Assembly: GCA_046292385.1 (NCBI GenBank)
Contig: JBKBRF010000011.1
Span: forward strand, 83,822 to 147,821
Source: Armatimonadota bacterium
GTDB lineage: Bacteria > Armatimonadota > SYMT01
DNA: 64,000 bases
Direction: 5' to 3'
Shown: positions 1 to 8,985 of the stretch, piece by piece
Numbering within the stretch: the stretch's first letter is position 1
Layout: each line of letters opens with the position of its first letter
The notes under the pieces: generated by a model
Told to the model about the DNA's origin: nothing
Databases searched by the model: none
Seen by the model: the letters and a program-made list of their open reading frames with translations, nothing else
Program-made: the position numbers and the translations under genes

Positions 1-1
1 G

Positions 2-1222
2 GTGCTCGTCGGATTCATCGTCAACATCCCGATCATCAGCCAGACCAGCTCCGCCGTTGCCATCGGCTCGGTGCTGATCCCGCTGCTGCTGGCGGCCAAG
101 GTCTCCCGCGTCACGGCCGGCGCGGCGCTGCTGCTCGGCGTCTCCATCGGCGGCGAGCTCTTCAACCAGGGCGCACCGGAATACCGCAGCGTCATTGCCG
201 GCACGGCGGCGGTGGGGCTCCCCCGCCCCACGGAGGCTGCGCTCATCCAGCAGATGCTCCCGCTCAACCTGCTCAACCTGGCGGTGGCCACCTCCGTCTT
301 CTGGTTCCTGAGCCTGCGGGCGGAGAAGAAGCACGCGGCGGAGCGGGAGTTCGCCGAGAGGCGGGAAGAGGCCGATCCCGCGCGGGCGCTCTTCAAGGTG
401 AGCCTGTTCAAGGCCGCGGTCCCGCTGATCCCGCTGGCGCTCCTCTTCATCCTCGGCGAGCCGCTGCGACTGCTGTCGATCCCCCACGAGTGGCTCGTAG
501 GCAGTAAGGAGGCGCCGGCCCTGCTCCAGAAGGCGGCCGACTTCCTGGAGCAGCCGTCCGCCCGCGGTGCGATCGGGGCGGCGTTCAGCGCGCGGCTCAT
601 CGGGGCCGCCATGCTGATCGGCGCGATCGTCGCGGCGCTCACCGATTTCAAGAAGGCGGGCGGCGTGGCGGGCGCCTTCTTCGAGGGTGCCGGCTACGCG
701 CTCGCCCACGTTGTCTCGATCATCGTCGCCGCCGCCTGCTTCGGGGAAGGGGTCCGCCTGATCGGACTGGACAAGCCGATCGGTCACCTGATCGACTACG
801 TTCCCGGCCTCCTGCAGCCGGCGGCCGGCTTCCTCACCCTCGCCTTCGGTGCGGTCTCCGGCTCCGGCATCGCCGCCACGCAGAGCCTCTTCGGGTTCTT
901 CGCCGCGCCCGCCCTGCAGGTCGGCGTCGCCCCGGAGCACGTCGGCGCCATCGTCTCGATCGGCGCTGCGGCGGGGCGGACCATGTCCCCGGTCGCGGCG
1001 GTCACGCTGATGTCCGCCTCTCTCACGGAGACCGACCCGCTCGAGCTGGTGAAGCGCGTAGCGCCGCCGCTGCTGATCGGGGTCACCACCGTGGTGATCG
1101 CCGGGATGCTGATGGTGGCGTTCGGCCACCGCCGCCTGCCGGACAACGTGCCGACGGATCCGCCCGTAAAGGTGGGGCGGGTGGTGAATGACGGCGCGAG
1201 GACGGCCCCTTTGAGTCCGTGA
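2..1222 (+). CDS. DcuC-family C4-dicarboxylate transporter (5' truncated by window edge)
   Basis: Polytopic hydrophobic protein with SGSGIA and GRTMSPVAAV motifs typical of DcuC/IT-superfamily transporters. Confidence 0.8.
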   Translation: MLVGFIVNIPIISQTSSAVAIGSVLIPLLLAAKVSRVTAGAALLLGVSIGGELFNQGAPEYRSVIAGTAAVGLPRPTEAALIQQMLPLNLLNLAVATSVFWFLSLRAEKKHAAEREFAERREEADPARALFKVSLFKAAVPLIPLALLFILGEPLRLLSIPHEWLVGSKEAPALLQKAADFLEQPSARGAIGAAFSARLIGAAMLIGAIVAALTDFKKAGGVAGAFFEGAGYALAHVVSIIVAAACFGEGVRLIGLDKPIGHLIDYVPGLLQPAAGFLTLAFGAVSGSGIAATQSLFGFFAAPALQVGVAPEHVGAIVSIGAAAGRTMSPVAAVTLMSASLTETDPLELVKRVAPPLLIGVTTVVIAGMLMVAFGHRRLPDNVPTDPPVKVGRVVNDGARTAPLSP

Positions 1223-1230
1223 GACTGCCG

Positions 1231-1299
1231 GGCGGTTGAAACCGCAGCAACCACGGCACGAAGTTTTATCCCCCGAACGGGGGACCGCCTCCGCGGACT
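1231..1299. repeat. REP-like palindromic element with a 20-bp hairpin insertion
   Basis: GCGGTTGAAACCGC hairpin followed by CGAAGT[..]CCGCCTCCGCGGACT; the same core is uninterrupted near 17733-17754 and similar near 48407-48426. Confidence 0.6.
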
Positions 1300-1529
1300 A
1301 AGAAGGCCCGGTTCGGGCGTCCGGAGGACGCGTGGCCGCAGGCCGTCCAGCGAGGTATTTCAATGCCTCGCGGCTCCGCGGGCGACGCGCCGCAGCCCCC
1401 GATCGATGGCTTCCCGCCACGAGGGCTCGCTTCGAACCGCACAGCCGCGCCACGCAAGCCCAAATCAACCAGCCGGGCCGAGGAGTCTCCTCCCCGGCCC
1501 GGCTGGTGCTCTCCGAAGCTTGCCGCGAC

Positions 1530-2597
1530 CTACGTAGGCCGGCGCATCATCTGGCGCAGCTCGGTGGAGTTGCCGGCGTAGACCAGCGCGTCTTCCTCGC
1601 TGATGAGCCCGGCGCGCCAGTAGCGCAGCAGGCACTGGTTCATCGTCTGCATGCCCCAGTACTCGCCGTCGCGGATGTGCTCGTAGATCATCCCGAAGCG
1701 GCCTTCTTCCACCAGCTTCGCGACGGTGGGGGTGTTGATCATCACTTCCACGCCCGGCACGCGGCCGGAGCCGTCGCCGCGCGGGACCAGCTTCTGGGAG
1801 ACGACGCCCCGCAGCGAGTTGGACATACGCATACAGATCTGCGCCTTCTCGTGCGGCGGGAACATGTTGATGATGCGGTCCATCGTCTCGTAGGCGCTCG
1901 GGGTGTGCACCGTGGAGAAGACGAGGTGGCCGGTCTCCGCCGCCTGGAGGCAGATGGAGAAGGTCTCCACGTCGCGCATTTCACCGATGAGGATCACGTC
2001 CGGAGCCTGGCGGAGCACGTACTTCATGCCGGCCTGGAAGCTCTCGGTGTCGATGTTCACCTCGCGCTGGTTGACGATCCCCATCTTGTCCTGGTGGACG
2101 AACTCGATCGGGTCCTCGATGGTGACGATGTTCTTCGGCTGGTTCTCGTTGATCTGGTTCAGCATCGCCGCCAGGGTGGTCGACTTGCCGGAGCCGGTCG
2201 GCCCGGTCACCAGCACCAGCCCCTGCTTCTGCTTGGGGAGCTCCTTCAGCACCGGCGGCACACCCAGCTCGTCCAGGTGCGGCATGGTGAGCGGGATGAG
2301 CCGGAGACACATCCCCACGGAGCCCTTCTGCTGGTAGACGTTGCAGCGGAAGCGGGAGAACGGGCGGCTAAAGCCGAGGTCCATCTCGCGGCGCTGCTCG
2401 TACCGCTGGATCTGCTGCGGCGTCATCAGCCCGTAGGCAAGCTGGCGGATGTCGTCGCCGCTCTGCACGGGATAATCGGAGCGGGTGATCTTGCCGTGGA
2501 GGCGGTAGATCGGGGGAGCGTTCTCTTTGAAGAAGACGTCCGAGGCCCGGAGCTCGTGGGCCTTAAGAAGCACATCGTCCAGACTAATTGAAGGCAT
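1530..2597 (-). CDS. pilT: PilT/PilU-family type IV pilus retraction ATPase
   Basis: Walker A GPTGSGKST, TIEDPIE Asp box, LRQAPDVILIGEMRD, GHLVFSTVH His box; the AIRNLIRE motif is replaced (TVAKLVEE), so it may be a PilT paralogue. Confidence 0.85.
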   Translation of the reverse strand: MPSISLDDVLLKAHELRASDVFFKENAPPIYRLHGKITRSDYPVQSGDDIRQLAYGLMTPQQIQRYEQRREMDLGFSRPFSRFRCNVYQQKGSVGMCLRLIPLTMPHLDELGVPPVLKELPKQKQGLVLVTGPTGSGKSTTLAAMLNQINENQPKNIVTIEDPIEFVHQDKMGIVNQREVNIDTESFQAGMKYVLRQAPDVILIGEMRDVETFSICLQAAETGHLVFSTVHTPSAYETMDRIINMFPPHEKAQICMRMSNSLRGVVSQKLVPRGDGSGRVPGVEVMINTPTVAKLVEEGRFGMIYEHIRDGEYWGMQTMNQCLLRYWRAGLISEEDALVYAGNSTELRQMMRRPT

Positions 2598-3377
2598 TTA
2601 CCGCGGTTCCTCCCCAGACGACTTCCGGCGCTGGGCCAGCAGCACGCTAACGATCAAGACTACACTGACGCCCACGACAAGCAGGATAGCGACCACGGCG
2701 GCGATCAGTCGCCAGCTCGGGCCGGATTGGCTCTGGGAAACACTGGGCACGCTGTCGGGAACGCCGCGGCTCTGATCAATCCAGACCTCGAAGGAAACGG
2801 AGTTGTTCCCTACCCGCTGCGAACGCACCTGGAGCGGCGGCTCGGAGAAGCTCGGCGGCGGCTGCTGCATGGGGAAGCTCCCCATGAACATGAACGTCGC
2901 GCTGAAGTGACCGTACCGCCGGTAGGTTTGGATCAGGGGGTCGAGGTTGATGGCGCCCGACTGCCAGTTTGCCAGTCCGGTCATATTCGCCGAGCCGGTG
3001 GCAATCACCTCGTTCCGGCCCGGCAGCTTCTCCCGCTCCACCCGCACCTCCGCTGCCTGGGTGCCGAGGGCGGCGGCAAGCTGTTGCAGGTCCTGCCGGA
3101 TCTGCGGGTCCTTGATCGACTCCGGGTACGCCACGGCGACCGAGTCCGGACCGCCGGGAATGGAGAAGACGACGACGGAGATCTCGAACGCGTTGGGATT
3201 GACCCGTGTCTCCGCGGCGGGGGCGGGAGCGTTGGCGCCCGGCTGCTGGGCGGACGCGGCGAGTGGGAGTGCCGCCAGGCCAACCGCGCAGAGGGGAAGA
3301 AGCCAGGAGCGGACCCTTCGGGCCCGGCTGGCTCCCCGGGAGTGAGACCGCGCTCCAGGCCAGAAGGAGAGGGGCAT
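2598..3377 (-). CDS. Hypothetical exported protein with C-terminal membrane anchor
   Basis: Signal peptide ending ASA-QQ, C-terminal TM helix plus basic tail; abuts the pilT start. Confidence 0.7.
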   Translation of the reverse strand: MPLSFWPGARSHSRGASRARRVRSWLLPLCAVGLAALPLAASAQQPGANAPAPAAETRVNPNAFEISVVVFSIPGGPDSVAVAYPESIKDPQIRQDLQQLAAALGTQAAEVRVEREKLPGRNEVIATGSANMTGLANWQSGAINLDPLIQTYRRYGHFSATFMFMGSFPMQQPPPSFSEPPLQVRSQRVGNNSVSFEVWIDQSRGVPDSVPSVSQSQSGPSWRLIAAVVAILLVVGVSVVLIVSVLLAQRRKSSGEEPR

Positions 3378-3469
3378 AGAAAAACCCAGTCACCGGCCGT
3401 TTCAGAAGAGGAGCCGATGCCTGCTGGCACAGGCTCCACGAACACACAGCCGGCCCTGGGTGATGGAAG

Positions 3470-3542
3470 TGGAGCAGAGGGGACTCGAACCCCTGACCCT
3501 CACGCTGCCAGCGTGATGCTCTCCCAGCTGAGCTACTGCCCC
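3470..3542 (-). tRNA. tRNA-Ala(GGC)
   Basis: Reverse complement GGGGCAGTAGCTCAGCTGGGAGAGCATCACGCTGGCAGCGTGAGGGTCAGGGGTTCGAGTCCCCTCTGCTCCA folds as a cloverleaf; G3-U70 Ala identity pair; CCA not encoded. Confidence 0.97.
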
Positions 3543-3561
3543 GGAACCGAACAACGCGGCG

Positions 3562-3590
3562 ATTATAGCAGCGGCCGGTTGCCGCGTCAA
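3562..3590 (-). promoter_or_regulatory. sigma70-type promoter for tRNA-Ala
   Basis: TTGACG-17 bp-TATAAT on the minus strand about 20 nt upstream of the tRNA. Confidence 0.8.
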
Positions 3591-3612
3591 GACGCCGATC
3601 TAGCCTGGAAAA

Positions 3613-3711
3613 TGGCGGGGATGTGTGGGAATCGAACCCACCCAAGACAGGATCAACTGCCTCGAACAAGGTTTTGAAGACCCGCCGAGCCACCAGGCCC
3701 GATCCACCCCC
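3613..3711 (-). tRNA. selC: tRNA-Sec(TCA)
   Basis: Anticodon loop CTTCAAA, 6-bp D stem with TGGT loop, long variable arm (CGAGGCAG/CTGTCTTG), T arm GTGGG-TTCGATT-CCCAC, G73 and encoded CCA; adjacent to selD and selA. Confidence 0.95.
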
Positions 3712-3764
3712 TCGTTCCGCGCGGCGCGGCAGCGAGCTGCCGTCCCGCACGGCATATCTTACCA

Positions 3765-4799
3765 CTACGCGACGCGAATGGTTCCCGGCTCGCCGGAAAT
3801 GACGCGTCCGATCACCGCGCGCACTGCCGCGCCTTCCGCCTCCAGCGCCTGGAGCAGCGCTTCGGTCCGCTCGGCCGGGCACGCGATGAGCAGGCCGCCG
3901 GAGGTCTGCGGATCGAAGCAGGTCACGCGGACCGCCTCCGGCACCGATTCCTCGAAGCCGACGCGCTCTCCCAGGAAGGCGGCGTTGGCGCGGCCGCCGC
4001 CGGTGTTCACCCCCGCCCCCGCGTGCTCCAGGGCACCCGGGAAGAACGGGATCTGCCCCGAGGAGAGCTCCGCGGCGACCCCGCTCTGGTCCACCATCTC
4101 GAACAGGTGCCCCAGCAGGGAGAAGCCGGTGACGTCGGTGCAGGCGTGCACCCCCACCGCCGCCATCGCCCGCGCCGCGCCGGCGTTCAGCGTCTTCATC
4201 GACTGCGTGACGACCGCGGTCTGCTCCTCGGTCGCCAGCCCCCGCTTGAGCGCCGTGGTGACGATGCCGGTGCCGACCGCCTTGGTCAGCACCAGGTCGT
4301 CCCCCACGCGGGCGCCCTTGGTGGCGGTTACCTGCGACGGGTGGACGATTCCGGTGACGCTGAGTCCGAACTTGATCACCTCGTCGTTGACGGTGTGTCC
4401 GCCCAGCAGCAGCGCGCCGCTCTCCGCCACCTTGTCCGCCCCACCCCGCAGGATCTCCACCAGGACTTCCTTCGGGTACCCCTCCATCGGGAAGCAGACG
4501 ATGTTCATCGCCGTGAGCGGGATGCCGCCCATCGCGTAGACGTCCGAGAGCGAGTTCGCGGCGGCGATCTGGCCGTAGTCGTACGGGTCGTCGACGATCG
4601 GCGTGAAGAAGTCGAGCGTCTGGATCAGCGCCCGATCGGCGTCGATCTGGTACACGCCGGCGTCGTCGGGCGTCTCCAGCCCGACCAGCACCTTCTCGCT
4701 CACCTGTTTCGGCAGTTGGCGCAGCACCTGCGCCAGGTCCTCAGCGGACGCTTTGGACGCTCACCCGCCGCACTTGACGGTATCGGTCAAACGGATCAT
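3765..4799 (-). CDS. selD: Selenide, water dikinase; selenoprotein with Sec at codon 13 (TGA 4761-4763)
   Basis: ATG at 4799 after GAGGGG gives MIRLTDTVKCGG-U-ASK, in frame with the ORF-track protein (DDAGVY, DFFTP, AANSLSDVYAMGG, TDVTGF, DPQTSGGLL). Confidence 0.95.
4727..4743 (-). promoter_or_regulatory. Putative bacterial SECIS apical hairpin of selD
   Basis: ACCTG-GCG-CAGGT stem-loop with G-containing small loop starting about 20 nt 3' of the UGA. Confidence 0.55.
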
Positions 4800-4818
4800 C
4801 GGTACCCCTCAACGTTCT

Positions 4819-4930
4819 GTTGCAGGTTTCCAGGTTGCAAGTTCCAGGGTTCGAACCCCGCCGACCGGAAGCAGACCGATAGCTCGTCGGGCTGCACTAA
4901 CTTGCAAACCTGCAACCTGCTAACCTGCTA
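4819..4930. repeat. GCAGGTT/AACCTGC short-repeat palindromic element between selA and selD
   Basis: Tandem imperfect TGCAGGT units on the left arm, AACCTGC units on the right arm. Confidence 0.75.
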
Positions 4931-6328
4931 ACCCGCGCGCAGCGCGCTCGCTACGGCGGCGGCCAGCTCGTCTAGCTCCTCGTCCCGGATGGTGCGCGGG
5001 TCGAGCACCAGGCGGTCGCGCTGCACGCGGGCCCAGACGCTCGGCTCTCCCACCCGCAGGCGGCGCGACAGCTCTCCGGCGCTCACGCTCTCGGAGAAGA
5101 GGCAGACCAGCGTGGTCGGCAGCTCCTCGCCGGGTAGCGCGCCCCCGCCGACCTGCGAGATGCCCGGCTCCAGCGAAATCACCGCCTCGACTCCTCCCAG
5201 CAGGCTCGCCAGCCGCTCCGCCCGCGCCCGCAGCGCCTCCGCGGAGAGGGAGAGCGCCGCCAGCGTCGGGATCTCCCGCATCGCCTTCGCCTCGTCGCGG
5301 TAGAGACGGAGCGTCGCCTCGATGCCGGCGAGCGTCATCTTATCCAGCCGGACCGCGCGCATCAACGGGTGCCGCTTCACCTGCGAGACCAGCTCCCGCT
5401 GCCCGATGATCAGGCCCGCCTGGGGTCCGCCCAGCAGCTTGTCGCCGCTGAAGGTGATCAGGTCCGCGCCGGCCCGCACGCTCTCCTGGACGGTCGGCTC
5501 CGCCACCAGGCCGTACCGCGTTAGATCGACCAGGGCGCCGCTGCCGAGGTCGTCCATCACCGGCACGCCGTGCCGCCGGCCCACCTCGACCAGCTCGGCG
5601 AGCGACGGCTCCTCGGTGAAGCCGACGATGCGGAAGTTGCTCGGGTGGACCCGCAGGATTAGCGCGGTCTCCGGCGTGATCGCCGCCTCGTAGTCGCGCG
5701 CCCGCACCTTGTTCGTGGTGCCGACCTCCACCAGCTTCGCGCCGCCGGAGCGGATCACGTCCGGAATCCGGAACGAGCCGCCGATCTCCACGAGCTGCCC
5801 GCGGGAGATGATCACCTCCCGCCCCTGGGCGAGCGCGGCGATGGAGAGGAAGACGGCGGCGGCGTTGTTGTTCACCGCCGCGGCGTCCTCCGCGCCGGTC
5901 AGCTCCCGCAGCAGCGGCGCAATGTGGGAGAGCCGGCTGCCGCGCTCCCCGCTCTCCGGGTCGACCTCCAGGAGCGAGTGGGACCGCGCCGCCTCGAAGG
6001 AGGCCTGGGCCGCGGCCTCGGAAAGCGCCGCGCGCCCGAGACCGGTGTGCAGCACCACTCCCGTCGCGTTGATCGCGCGGCGCAGCGACCTTCGCGCCCG
6101 CCCTTCCACGGCCGCCGCGATCTCGCGCTTTAGAGCCGGGAGGAGGTCGCCGTTGCTCGGGGCGCTCCCCGCCAGGGCGCGAGCGCGGAGGCTGTCGGTC
6201 GCGGAGCGGATCGCCTCCACCACCGGCGCGCGGCCGTGCCGCTCGATCAGCGACTCGATCTCCGGCTCCTGGAGCAGGCGATCGACCTTCGGGATGCGGC
6301 GCACCAGGCTCTGCGGGGATTCGCTCAC
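4928..6328 (-). CDS. selA: L-seryl-tRNA(Sec) selenium transferase
   Basis: INATGVVLHTGLGRA, VNNNAAAV, SRGQLVEIGGSFRIP, EVGTTN, DLGSG, FSGDKLLGGPQAG (PLP Lys); GTG start at 6328 with upstream AGGAG. Confidence 0.95.
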   Translation of the reverse strand: MSESPQSLVRRIPKVDRLLQEPEIESLIERHGRAPVVEAIRSATDSLRARALAGSAPSNGDLLPALKREIAAAVEGRARRSLRRAINATGVVLHTGLGRAALSEAAAQASFEAARSHSLLEVDPESGERGSRLSHIAPLLRELTGAEDAAAVNNNAAAVFLSIAALAQGREVIISRGQLVEIGGSFRIPDVIRSGGAKLVEVGTTNKVRARDYEAAITPETALILRVHPSNFRIVGFTEEPSLAELVEVGRRHGVPVMDDLGSGALVDLTRYGLVAEPTVQESVRAGADLITFSGDKLLGGPQAGLIIGQRELVSQVKRHPLMRAVRLDKMTLAGIEATLRLYRDEAKAMREIPTLAALSLSAEALRARAERLASLLGGVEAVISLEPGISQVGGGALPGEELPTTLVCLFSESVSAGELSRRLRVGEPSVWARVQRDRLVLDPRTIRDEELDELAAAVASALRAG

Positions 6329-6459
6329 GGGGGGAAGACTCCTGGCCCATCTTAGCAACGCGCGTGCGGGATTAGCAACGACTTCCCGGGGCGGACAACC
6401 AACCGGGGGGTCGAGGCGTCCAACTTGCAGCTTTGCAACTTTCGACGGAGACAACACTG

Positions 6460-8907
6460 ATGATACGAGCTGGACTCCGCCCCCTCACCCTCTGCGCTCT
6501 CGGTTTGTTCGCCTGCGGGCTCGCGGCGGCGCCGCTGGGCGCGCAGGAGGGCGGCCCCGCCGCCCCCGCGCAGCCGCTCCCGCTGAAGGACGTGGTGCTC
6601 TTCAGCAGCGGCGTCGGCTACTTCCAGCGGCGCGGCACCGTCCGCGGCACCACCTCGCTCAAGCTCTCGTTCCGGGCGGGGCAGGTGAACGACATCCTCA
6701 AGAGCCTGGTCTTGATCGATCCGCAGGGGCAGGTCCGCCCCGTCACCTACACGACTCAGGACGCGCACCTCCTCCGCCCCGGGGTCCGCGCCCTCGCCAC
6801 CGGCAGCAGCGTCTCGCTCGGCGCCCTCCTGCGGCAGTTCCAGGGCGCCCGCCTGCGCGTCTACCTCGCCAAGGAGCAGGTGGAGGGCCGGTTGGTCAGC
6901 GTCAGCTCGAAGGAGGTGCCGCTTCCACAGGGGACCCGAGTGGTGGAGCAGGAGGTGCTCAACGTGCTGACGGCGACCGGCCTGCGGGCGATCCCGCTGG
7001 AGGCGGTGCAGCAGGTGCAGCTTCTGGACGAGCGGCTCGACCGGGAGCTGCGAGACAGCCTGGCGCTGCTGGCGACCGGCCTCTCCGACGAGCAGCGGGA
7101 GGTGGAGCTGCGCTTCACCGGTGACGCGGCGCGGGAGGTGCGGGCCGGCTACCTGCAGGAGACGCCGGTCTGGAAGACGAGCTACCGCCTGGTGCTGGAC
7201 GACAAGCCGGCCGCTGCGGCTGCGGGGCAGCCGGTAAACCCCGCCGGGGGCTCTTACCTGCAAGGCTGGGCGATCGTGGAGAACACGACGGAGGAGGACT
7301 GGAAAGACGTGCGGCTCTCGCTCGTCTCCGGCCGCCCGATCAGCTTCATCCAGGACCTCTACCAGCCGCTCTACGTCCCCCGCCCCGTCGTGCAGCCGCA
7401 GGTGCTCGGCTCTCCCCGTCCCCAGCTCTACGGCGAGGCGGTGGAGCCAGGAGAGTTGCTTCCGGATGGAGTACGTGCAATCCTCGATGTCCCAACCGAC
7501 AACTCTCTCCTCTTACGGGGTCCGATGTTCGGCGGCCTCGGGGGCTTCGGAGGCGGAGTTTACCCGGGCGGCGGGGGCTCGCGGACAGGCCTGGAGGAGC
7601 TGATTGAGGTACGTTTCACGAACACGCCCCTTCACAGTGCGATTCGCCAGCTCTTTCAGGGCTCCGGTCTGGAATACAGTATCGGAGCCGACGTCCCGAA
7701 CGTCGCAATCAATCTACAGCTCGCCCGAGTGCCCCGCCGGAACGCGCTGCGCGCGGTGCTGCGGCAGGGTGCCATCGCGGCGCCGGGGTTGACCTACTCC
7801 GCCGAGAACGGCGTCTACCAGGTCAAGGTCCGGCCTCCCAGCGCCGTGCAAGCAGAGCCGACGATCGACGAGCTCCTGGAGCGGCGGGAGGAGATCGGCG
7901 TCTCGGCGCAGGCGCTCGCCGGCGTGGCGTCGCAGGCGCTCGGCGCGGAGCGCGGGGAGCTGTTCGAGTACGCCATCCGGCAGCCGGTCACCCTCCCCCG
8001 CGGCAAGGCGGCGATGGTGCCGATCGTCGGCGCCGCGGTGGCCGGGGAGCGGCTCTCGATCTTCGATCCGGCGGCCGACCGCACCCACGCCCTCCGCGGG
8101 GTCCGGCTGAAGAACACGACCGCGGCGCACCTGGCGGGCGGGCCGATCACCGTCTTCGACGGCGGCACCTACGCGGGCGACGCGCAGGTGGGGCACCTCG
8201 GCCCCGGTGAAGAGCGACTGCTGGCGTAAGCCGTCGACCTCGACCTGGTTCCGGAGGTGGAGGGTCCGGAGCCGAAAGCCGAAACGACCGCCCTCGTGAT
8301 CCGGAGCGGCGTGCTCCAGATCACGCGCAAGCAGCACCACCAGCGGACTTACCGCTTCCGGAACAAGAGCGCGGCCCGGAAGACGGTGCTGGTGCAGCAG
8401 CCGAAGGAGCCCGGCTTCGAGCTGGCGCAGCCGATGAGCGCCGCGGAGACCACCCCGGATTCCTACCGCTTCCGGATCACGATCCCGCCCGGCAAGACAG
8501 AATCGCTGGTGGTCACGACCGAGCACCCGCTGACGGAGACGGTCGCTATCATCGAAGCGAACGTCGACCTGCTGATCACCCACGCCCGCAGCGCCCAGGC
8601 GAGCGCGGAAGTCAGGCGGGCCCTGGAGCAGATCGTGGAGCGGCGGCGGGCGTTCCAGGCTCTGCAGGAGCGCCGCAGCGCCGTCGAAGGGGAGCTCCGC
8701 GCGATCGACACGGAGCAGGCGCGAATCCGGCAGAACATGGCGCAGCTCGACCGCAACAGCGAGCTCTACCAGCAGTACGTCCGCAAGCTGACCGAACAGG
8801 AGGCGCAGATCGAGCAGCTCCGGGCGGAGCAGCGCCGCCTCCGCGACGAGGAAGCCGCCGCCGCGCAGGAGCTGCGACGCTTCCTCGACAACCTCTCCGT
8901 ATCTTGA
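6460..8907 (+). pseudogene. Secreted DUF4139/DUF4140-type protein interrupted by an in-frame TAA (8227-8229)
   Basis: LFSSGVGYF, NDILKSL, WKTSYRL, QGWAIVEN..EDW.DV.LSLVSGRP; ORFs 6433-8229 and 8257-8907 share a frame; reads RLLA*AVDLDL where Tyr is expected. Confidence 0.75.
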
Positions 8908-8985
8908 TCGAGGTTACAGGTTGGCAGGCTGCAGGTTTGCAGGCTCACCCGGGCCTGTGAGCCTGCTCCTGTTCGGGGAGGGAGC

